Origin: Staphylococcus phage vB_SauP_ASUmrsa123
Length of the DNA stretch: 17,155 nt
Sequence record: OR259390.1
Direction: 5' to 3' (one strand)
In this document: piece after piece, positions 9,842-17,155 of the stretch
Layout of the letters: every line of letters starts with the position of its first letter
How positions within the stretch are numbered: the first letter of the stretch is position 1
The notes under the pieces: model-generated
What the model was told of the DNA's origin: nothing
Databases searched by the model: none
Seen by the model: only the letters and a program-made list of their open reading frames with translations
Made by a program: the position numbers and the translations under genes

Positions 9842-11204
9842 TAAATTTACGCATTCGTATATTAATGATGATTTCGGTTTAACGATAGACCAGTTAGTCC
9901 CTAAAGTAAAAGGGTATGGACGCTTTAATGTATGGCTAGGTGGTAATGAAAGTAAAATCAGACAAGTATTAAAAGCAGTAAAAGAGATAGGTGTGTCACC
10001 TACTCTTTTTGCTGTATATGAAAAAATGAAGGGTTTAGCGCTGGTTTAGGTTGGTTGAACCATACATCTGCACGAGGTGACTATTTAACAGACGCTAAAT
10101 TCATTGCAAGAAAAATTAGTATCACAATCAAAACAAGCAGGACAACCGTCTTGGTATGACGCAGGTAACATCGTTCACTTTGTACCTCAAGACGTACAAA
10201 GAAAAGGTAATGCAGATTTTGCTAAAAATATGAAAGCAGGTACAATCGGACGTGCGTATATTCCATTAACAGCAGCGGCTACTTGGGCGGCATATTATCC
10301 CCTAGGTTTGAAAGCGTCATATAATAAAGTACAAAACTATGGTAATCCTTTTTTAGACGGTGCAAATACTATTTTAGCATGGGGTGGTAAATTAGACGGT
10401 AAAAGGTGGCTCGCCTAGTGATTCGTCTGACAGTGGTAGTAGTGGTGACAGTGGTAGTTCACTGCTCGCTTTAGCAAAACAAGCTATGCAAGAATTATTA
10501 AAAAAAGTACAAGACGCATTACAATGGGATGTACACAGTATAGGTAGTGACAAATTTTTTAGTAATGATTATTTTACATTACAAAAACATTCAACAACAC
10601 ATATCATATTAAAATGACGATTGGGTTACTCGATTCATTAAAAAAACTGATTGATAGCGTGCAAGTAGATAGTGGGGGTAGTAGTTCAAACCCTACTGAT
10701 GATGACGGAGACCATAAAGCAATTAGTGGTAAATCAGTCAAACCAAACGGAAAAAGTGGTCGTGTGATTGGTGGTAACTGGACGTATGCACAGTTACCAG
10801 AAAAATATAAAAAAGCAATTGGTGTACCTTTATTCAAAAAAGAATACTTATACAAACCAGGTAACATATTTCCTCAAACGGGTAATGCAGGACAATGTAC
10901 AGAATTAACATGGGCGTATATGTCACAACTACATGGTAAAAGACAACCTACCGACGACGGACAAATAACAAACGGTCAACGTGTGTGGTATGTTTATAAA
11001 AAGTTAGGTGCTAAAACAACGCACAACCCTACTGTTGGTTATGGTTTTTCAAGTAAACCACCCTACTTACAAGCAACAGCATATGGCATTGGTCACACTG
11101 GTGTTGTTGTAGCTGTATTTGACGATGGTTCATTCTTAATTGCAAACTATAATGTACCACCTTACGTTGCGCCGTCACGTGTGGTGTTGTATACACTCAT
11201 GTAA
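9819..11204 (+). CDS. Virion-associated peptidoglycan hydrolase / tail spike protein with a C-terminal CHAP domain (~460-480 aa), frameshifted (9819..10049, 10104..10418, ~10420..10610, 10614..11204). The true 3' end may extend to ~11258 in another frame.
   Basis: C-terminal …GNAGQCTELTWAY… (Cys) and …GIGHTGVVVAVFDDGSFLIANYN… (His) form a CHAP-type motif. A Gly/Ser linker SDSSDSGSSGDSGSS is encoded at ~10420-10470. The ATG at 9819 overlaps the holin 3' end by 23 bp. Confidence 0.65.
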
Positions 11205-11354
11205 TGGTGTACCAGAAAATGCTGGTGATAATATTGTATTCTTTAGTGGTATTGCTTAATTAAATATGTTATAATGAACACATGCTAGTAATGCTAGTAA
11301 ATAAAATACAAAACATAATCAATTTTCGTACACATTTTTCATGTTATCTCAAAG

Positions 11355-11388
11355 AAAAAGGCAACTGTTATTTAACAGTTGCCTTTTT
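11355..11388. terminator. Bidirectional rho-independent terminator between the convergent arms. AAAAAGGCAACTGTTA-TTT-AACAGTTGCCTTTTT.
   Basis: 13-bp perfect inverted repeat with an A-run on one side and a T-run on the other. It overlaps the stop codon (11368-11370) of the negative-strand polymerase gene. Confidence 0.8.
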
Positions 11389-13658
11389 AATGTCATCGTG
11401 TTGCATTTTTAATATATTTAAATTTGATTTATTATGTACTGAACGTTCAACTGGAAATAAATCATTAAGTGAAAATGAACCAATGTCACTTTCAATATAA
11501 AGAATATCATCAAATTGACTATGGTCAAATTTTTCTCTAGCGTCTTTTAAGATAAATTCACGTTTTAAATTAAGTTCATCAGTAAAATATTCATCATATA
11601 CATTACCACATACAATTTCTGTTTTAGACGGATAAATCGAAATCGTACCTTGTTCATTATAGATACTTTTATTGTTTTCAATAATCGCGCCGTCAAAGAA
11701 TTGTTCACGTACAAAGGTTTCAAAATCGACGCTTGTATCAAAGGCGTTTTTCGGTATACCAGCAGAAGCAATTTTAATCTTTCCATTCACTTCATATGCA
11801 TATTTCTTATGATTCAGTACAAACATCTTATCTATCTGTTCGTTTTCAATATCCCATTTACCTAAGGCTATCGGGTCAAATAAATCGGGGTTTAACAAGG
11901 GCTTTACAACGGATTTCATATATACAAACTATCAGTATCGCAATAAATAAAATTGTCGTCAACTTCACTTTCCGTTAAGTATTGAAAGGTACTAATAAGT
12001 TATACAATGAACGTGATGTGACAAATGTAGAGAATAAAATATTACGTTCCGTGTTTTTATAACCGTTAATGATATTGTATAGTGCATTGTTATCATCTAA
12101 ACGAAATAAGTTAAAATGTGAACGTAAAGCGGGTATACCATATAAACCATTAAGTACTACTTTTGACAACATAACCTCCTCATTTGAGTATGGGTGTTCG
12201 TTGATGTCATCAGTGATATGATAGTCGTAAGGTGTTGTCATATTGATTTTATTCTTTAATTTACCTTGTGTTTTAATAAAATAGTTTTGAAATATAATAT
12301 CTCGTGCGTGGAAGTATTCACATTCATATACCACAAACGAATTAACACGTATATGCGTGCAATCAATACCCGTAATGTCTTGAATCATTCTTAATGTATT
12401 TGTATTGATATTAACGTAATCATTATCGTTATTATAGTATTTAACAATCATCTGACGTAATACGCGCGATTTGATTTTAATTAATACCTCATCGTTAAAT
12501 ACCTCTTTATCAATCTTATATAATGAAAAATAATTGTTATCATCTAAAAAAGTAGGGATTAACGTTGGTTCTGAATAGTGTTCATAAAAGTATAACCATG
12601 TCGGAATTTTCTCATGATACATCACATAAGGATAACTAGAATTAATATCAATTGAAAAACAAGGCTCATCAATGAGTTTGTTTTATGTATTTGGTGTTAT
12701 ACATATTCAAACCTCCACGGTAAAACGATTTGATATAGTCATAAAAATTCATATCATGGAATTGGTAATGTGTGTAAGATATCTTGATATCTTGATATTA
12801 GTTGAGTAATTGAAAACGTGTCATTTCGTTGTTCAAATAGGATTTCATGATATTTAGTGAGAATGTTAATTTGTTATAGTCAAAATTTGGAAAAATGTCA
12901 CTATAATGAATATGGCACATACCTAATATAATCACGTCATTATGAATGTAAGTTAATTGTTCAGATGTAAGATTATCATAACACTTAACAGCATAGTCAT
13001 AGGCTTCACTATCTGACATATCATTATCTTTATCAAAAATTGTATAATTAAAATCTGTTTTTAAGTTGGTTTTCTGTTAAATAACCTCCGTCAAGTAATT
13101 TCTTACCTAATATTGCTATTGATGTATTGGTTTTCATAAAGTTATCAATGATATTAAATTTAAAACCATTTAAAAACATCGTTAAATCTAAATTGATTGA
13201 AGATTTAACACGTTTTTCTAAAATCACATTTTGATTTTTGCTAAATAGTAACCTCTTGCATTTTTAGTGTTTGTTCATTTTCTTCTGCAGATTTTAAATA
13301 TATATTTTCACGTGTGATATTATCAAAATAACGCATAGTGTCTTTAAGTAAAAAAATGATTGTCGTACTTATTACAGTTATGTGCAATCATAATAATATC
13401 TGTTTTTGATTTTGTGATTGTATCACGACGGTTAACATACTTGTAAAAATCATCATAAAAGGCTTCAAAACTAGGGAATACTTCAACATCAATTTCGTAA
13501 CCATTAAACCAACCAATCGCAACAGAATACGTTACGTTTTTATATAGCGTTGGTTTATTACGTCCGTTTATTTTATTGTATGATAATGTTTCAATATCCC
13601 AATACAATATCATTTTGCTTTGATTTTTATGATATTTCATACACTCAAGTAATCCCAT
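11368..13658 (-). CDS. Protein-primed family-B DNA polymerase (phi29 gp2-like, ~760 aa), frameshifted >=6 times (fragments 13344..13658, 12798..13019, ~12660..12720, 11975..12659, 11924..11974 and 11368..11919).
   Basis: Motifs found in the expected order on the negative strand: ExoI LYWDIETL; ExoII IMIAHNCNKYDNHFF; ExoIII LTYIHNDVII; pre-motif-A SFYRGG; motif A DINSSYPYVMY; motif B KVVLNGLYG; motif C IYCDTDSLYI (only readable by shifting frame at ~11925-11975); KxY region VLNHKKYAYEV. Frame breaks occur at e.g. ~11925, ~11975, ~12655, ~12790 and 13020-13340. The likely true start is the ATG at 13658 with RBS AAAAGGTG. Confidence 0.85.
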
Positions 13659-13673
13659 AATCTTACACACCTT

Positions 13674-14921
13674 TTATAAACCGTATTGTTTCATTAAATA
13701 CTTCTTTGTATTTTCTATATAGTTATCTTCATATATTTTTTCTTTTCTTTCAAATTCGTTGATGTTTTTCTTCATTTCATTTTTTATATGAAATTTTATA
13801 ATTTTATTCATGTCTAAATATAAATATCTATCATTATCAACCACGTAATTTTTCGAATATGCATTGTCAAAATGTAAATTGCTTGGATTGTAATAATAAC
13901 GTTCATGTTTTCTTTATAAAACATATCTTCTCTTAGATAAATAACATTGTCGTCTATATCTTTGATTTTAGTACAAAACTCATATTGTTTTTGTATAAGG
14001 TATAACAATGATGTTAGCATTAAATGTATCAACATTATACATAATTTTTATATATTTATCGTCAGTTTTTAATATAGAAAAAATCACCGTTTTGGTTAAT
14101 ATGATTTCTTAAATTATCATCTGCCAAATTATATTCGTTAAATTCAAACTCGCCAGTTGTCATAGCGTCATCATTTGAATTAAACGCACGTGTATTACGC
14201 TTTTCATTGACGTAATCGTTTCGACGCATTTCTAAAAAATGTTTTTGTAAAGTCTTGATGTATTCATTTTATGTTTTTGTAATAAATTATAAATATTTAA
14301 ATTGGATAATATAGGACTTGAAAAGTTGACAGCATTACCTAGTAAAACAATTTTTGGAAAACCAATATAATCAACATTACCATGGTTACGGTCGATTGAT
14401 TCATAAATTGTTTTTAACTTATCCCACTCATCAATTAAATAGTCATCTTCAAGCGCTAAGAATTCATCATATATAATAATAGGGTAGTGTTTTAAAAGTT
14501 AGAATGATATTTTAAATCAGTAGCGCTATTCAAATCTGTAATCACACCGATTTCTTTATCTTGATAAATAATAGCTAAATAGTCCCTAGCGCTTCTGAAT
14601 GTGACACGCTTAGATTTGAATAGTGGGTTTTTGTCTATGATTTCCTCAATAAAATCACGATAAGCGTCACGTAATGTATAATGACGTGATAATAAAGTAA
14701 ATTTAATATCAAGTTTTATAGCTAAATAAATAAAGAATGAAACATAGTTGAACGATTTTCCGTCAGAACGGTTTGAAATAGATATATAATAGTCTATATC
14801 ATCATTCATGAGTTCATCAACTAATTCTATTTGATTATAGTTTTCTGGTATTTTTTTCCTTACATGATTGACCGCATTTTGATAATCTCTTACCATGTCT
14901 AAACGATTTTTGTTTCACCAT
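13674..14921 (-). CDS. DNA encapsidation (packaging) ATPase, phi29 gp16-like (~410 aa), frameshifted. The start ATG at 14921 has RBS AAGGAG. The fragment 14492..14896 carries the Walker-A-like motif. The 3' boundary is approximate.
   Basis: …[16 protein letters not shown]… is a P-loop variant comparable to phi29 gp16 [22 protein letters not shown]… starts in a frame offset from the 14896 fragment. Continuous coding signal runs down to the polymerase start. Confidence 0.55.
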
Positions 14922-15105
14922 GTTTTTGCTCCTTATAATAGTTTATAATGTCATTTACAGTATTAAAGTTATTCGTCAAATGTTGCATAATATAAAAAGT
15001 TATACCTCACATTGATATCATCTATTGTTGTTTTTTGATCTATCTGATTTTCCTATTTCAAAAAATAAGTTATCAATTTCTTTAATATATTTTGTAAGTG
15101 AAGAT

Positions 15106-15454
15106 TTATTTTTTCGGCGTGTAAATTATATAATGCATATTTATGCATTTTTGCATTTTGTTATTATCATTACGGTTATATATTTCTAGTATATGATTTA
15201 ATTGTTTATGTTTTTTACCACGAACTAATGAAACAGCGTTTACATAAGACACATTTTTTGTCTTTTGGTAAATGTGGTAAATGTGAAAAATGTTTCCATG
15301 CGTCAATATAAGCCTCTTGTAAATCTTTATCGTCAAATTTAAAATTGATACCGTTAAAATCATTTTTATATTTTTTTCTTCTCTTTCTTTTTCTAGCTTC
15401 TCTTTCTTTTTTCCATCTATCCATTGCAGACGTATGTCTAACCAATGTTATCAA
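15106..15454 (-). CDS. Small, very basic protein (…WKKEREARKRKRRKKYKNDFNGINFKFDDKDLQEAYIDAWKHF…), probably ~110 aa but split over two overlapping frames (15215..15454 and 15106..15363). Function unknown.
   Basis: Two overlapping ORFs on the same strand with consistent composition, and a run of K/R residues. Start codon is uncertain (TTG at 15454 directly abutting GGAGG, or the ATG of MDRWKK at ~15424). Confidence 0.35.
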
Positions 15455-15610
15455 CCTCCATATAAACCATATATAACCACTAAAAGATAATGTAGAATAT
15501 AATCAATGTAGTAAATAAAACACCAAATGACACACGTATATGCATTGTCATAAGTATTACAAGTGTAATTAAAAAATGCTAAAGAAAAATGATAATTATA
15601 TTAAGTAGGT

Positions 15611-16013
15611 TATTCATGTTCAATCACATTTCCGTTTTTATATATAACTTTGTTTTGATAAATAATCATTAATTCGCTTTCAATAGGTTTATCAAAATTT
15701 GATAATACGTCGTCTATTGTAACATCTAATAAAATTTCTTTTTAAATTCATTACTTAAATAATCTCTATAATAAAATACAAGCATATTAAAAACATGTTT
15801 TTTAATATCAATGTTGATATCTATCGTAAATAAATCATTATTATTTTTTGTATCACTATCATAGTATTCAATAGTAATTTCACCGTATCTAACAAAAACA
15901 ACACACTTTTCCACTTAGTGATGTAAATTTTGTTATTTTATTCATAAAACAATCTCTATTATCTAAAATATAATTAATTAATTTTTTGTGTTTAATGTTG
16001 TTGTAATATTCAT
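15611..16013 (-). CDS. Hypothetical early protein (~130 aa), frameshifted (MNITTTLNTKN… / …EKCVVFVRYGEITIEYYDSDTKNNNDLFTIDINIDIKKHVFNMLVFYYRDYLSNEFKKKFY / …LDVTIDDVLSNFDKPIESELMIIYQNKVIYKNGNVIEHE).
   Basis: RBS AAGGAG 7 nt upstream of the ATG at 16013 (negative strand). Three successive open frames on the negative strand, one of which is ORF 15726..15914. Confidence 0.3.
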
Positions 16014-16020
16014 TTTTATA

Positions 16021-16192
16021 TCTCCTTAATGTATTCTATGATATAGGCATATTTTTCTGTAAATGGATTATATTCATAATATGAATATAAAACTTTAGCG
16101 TCATATAAATCTTCAAACATTGCTATTTGATGTGGTAAATGACCTTTAATCTCATCACAATATAATAATACCGTTTTGTATTTACGTTCCAT
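16021..16192 (-). CDS. Small 57-aa hypothetical protein (MERKYKTVLLYCDEIKGHLPHQIAMFEDLYDAKVLYSYYEYNPFTEKYAYIIEYIKEI), intact.
   Basis: RBS GAGGTG 6 nt upstream of the ATG (negative strand, ATG = reverse complement of 16190-16192). Just below the 60-aa threshold of the ORF track. Confidence 0.45.
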
Positions 16193-16341
16193 TTAAGCAC
16201 CTCATAAAAATAGGGGATAAACACCTATGAAATTTTTATTAAAATGATACTTGACCAAAGTTGATTGAGTAACCTTTTTTGACCTTTTTTATTTTCATAT
16301 TCATAAAATTGAGAACACGACTTCGCCTTTATTAATAATGT

Positions 16342-16611
16342 CTACCTAACATCTTCATCTTGACGCATGTCTTTAATTAATTCAGTTAAGTGATTAGGTA
16401 AGTTTACGTTATAGTCATCAGTTACGATAACACCCTGTTCTCCGAATTTTGATTCTTTGTTTGTGAATAATGCTCTAACGATGTATTCTTTTTTTATTCC
16501 ATATTTTTCTACAAGTTCTGAAAGTTTGATAAATTCTCTTTCTTTTTCCTCAAAGTCAAATCTCGCTAATGTGTTTTGGTGTCTTGATAAAATATCTTTT
16601 ACGTTTGTCAT
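16342..16611 (-). CDS. 89-aa hypothetical early protein, intact. The first gene downstream of the repeat-containing early promoter region.
   Basis: RBS AAAGGAG ~9 nt upstream of the ATG (reverse complement of 16609-16611). Clean ORF. No recognisable motif by eye. Confidence 0.55.
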   Translation of the reverse strand: MTNVKDILSRHQNTLARFDFEEKEREFIKLSELVEKYGIKKEYIVRALFTNKESKFGEQGVIVTDDYNVNLPNHLTELIKDMRQDEDVR

Positions 16612-16628
16612 AATAAATAATCTCCTTT

Positions 16629-16737
16629 AATGTTTTTTGTGTGTCGTGTTGTTGATAAGTTATTTTGATTCAGCAATACTAATATTTAATAAGTCGTTAT
16701 AATACACTTGCATTGTTTTTGTGTGTCGTGTTGTTGA
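16629..16737. repeat. Pair of 27-bp direct repeats, TGTTTTTTGTGTGTCGTGTTGTTGATAAG (16629-16655) and TTGTTTTTGTGTGTCGTGTTGTTGAAAG (16711-16737), ~82 bp apart. They lie in the intergenic region upstream of the leftward early genes.
   Basis: A 21-bp identical core, TTTTGTGTGTCGTGTTGTTGA, occurs twice and is unusually GC- and GT-rich for this genome. It lies between two negative-strand genes, immediately 5' of the RBS of 16342..16611. Confidence 0.85.
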
Positions 16738-16784
16738 AAGTAATGTATATGTGTCTGGTAATAATTCTTTAGCTTGTTGCTTAG

Positions 16785-17155
16785 TTAAATGATACTCATG
16801 TAATGGGAAAAATTTTCAATATATTCATCTTTATCATCGAGATAATTAAGAATATAACCTTTAACACGTAAAGTAACAATCTCGTCAGGTTTCATTATAT
16901 CACTCCTTTCTAAAAACGTAAACGTTATATGTTTCATAAAAACTTTTATGCATATCCCATTGTTCCAAAGCGTCATCTGTAATGTATGATAGTACAGATG
17001 TTGGTTCAATTTCATTGTTAAGTTTGTCGTTTAAGAACTTAACAATATGTGTGTTATAGTTTAATAACAGTTGTTGGCAAGCTGAAACTAAATTGATAGC
17101 ATTATCAAATGTATAAGCTGGATTCCATTCAATTAACTTATTGAATAGTTGCAAC
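16785..17155 (-). CDS. Early gene truncated by the right window edge (>=120 aa if the 16900..17154 and 16785..16895 segments are one frameshifted gene). Alternatively a 36-aa ORF MKPDEIVTLRVKGYILNYLDDKDEYIENFSHYMSII with its own RBS.
   Basis: ORF 16900..17154 runs off the window. RBS AAGGAGTGA precedes the ATG at 16895 (negative strand), overlapping the stop of the upstream segment. Confidence 0.3.

Noticed and set aside
10429-10470. Near-tandem GACAGTGGTAGT repeats
   Set aside because: It simply encodes a Gly/Ser-rich interdomain linker (SDSGSSGDSGSS) of the CHAP tail protein. It is not a regulatory or mobile repeat.
10604-10867. 87-aa negative-strand ORF antisense to the CHAP tail protein
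   Set aside because: It is a shadow ORF inside a gene with recognisable CHAP motifs on the + strand.
11282-11978. Several + strand ORFs (11282..11500, 11650..11865, 11796..11978) and the negative-strand ORF 11565..11786 overlapping the polymerase 3' region
   Set aside because: The polymerase motifs KxY and YCDTDS are read on the negative strand here. These are off-frame or antisense artefacts.
13814-14035. 73-aa negative-strand ORF in the ATPase region
   Set aside because: Its isoleucine/leucine-rich nonsense translation is an off-frame reading of the packaging ATPase gene.
16272-16292. Tandem (A/G)ACCTTTTTT x2 between two early genes
   Set aside because: It is a very short, low-complexity T-run duplication in an AT-rich intergenic spacer, and there is not enough evidence for function.
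1-17155. Prophage, integrative or defence-island interpretation
   Set aside because: There is no integrase, repressor, att-like repeats, tRNA or host genes. Gene content is entirely that of a small lytic phi29-like podovirus.
1-17155. CRISPR array, tRNA or rRNA genes
   Set aside because: There are no regularly spaced direct repeats with unique spacers. No cloverleaf-compatible 70-90 nt segments stood out, and the genome is too small for such genes.

Overview
The window is AT-rich (about 30% GC) and almost entirely phage-derived. It looks like most of the genome of a small phi29-like podovirus of the Staphylococcus 44AHJD/P68 (Rosenblumvirus) type. The architecture is two convergent arms meeting at a bidirectional terminator near 11.37 kb. 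The + strand (336..11204) carries the morphogenesis and lysis module. In order: an acidic repeat protein, a small ORF, major head protein, portal/upper collar, lower collar, tail fibre, CHAP+SH3b-type endolysin, a coiled-coil fibre-like protein, tail knob (phi29 gp9-like), holin, and a virion-associated CHAP hydrolase. The - strand (11368..17155) carries the replication/early module. From the terminator outwards: a protein-primed family-B DNA polymerase, a phi29 gp16-like DNA-encapsidation ATPase, a basic small protein, several small early ORFs, and an ORF truncated at the right edge. There are no tRNAs, no CRISPR array, and no integrase or repressor. This is a lytic-type genome, not a prophage. 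The most striking property of this particular sequence is that nearly every gene longer than about 1 kb is split into two to seven reading-frame segments by single-base indels, mostly at A/T homopolymers. Only the portal, the holin and the small genes are intact. I could map the breaks because conserved polymerase motifs (ExoI, ExoII, ExoIII, DxxSxYP, KxxxNGxYG, YCDTDS, KxY) and the CHAP/SH3b and phi29-gp9-like blocks occur in the expected order but in alternating frames. Other notable structure: a 335-bp repeat-rich left leader with a degenerate ~87-bp duplication, a perfect 5x12-bp in-frame tandem repeat, a 27-bp direct-repeat pair upstream of the early operon, and two strong hairpin terminators. 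I do not see an obviously novel multi-gene system. The best candidates for unexplored biology are the small early ORFs, the acidic repeat protein and the terminal non-coding repeats. Genome termini (inverted terminal repeats) fall outside the window.
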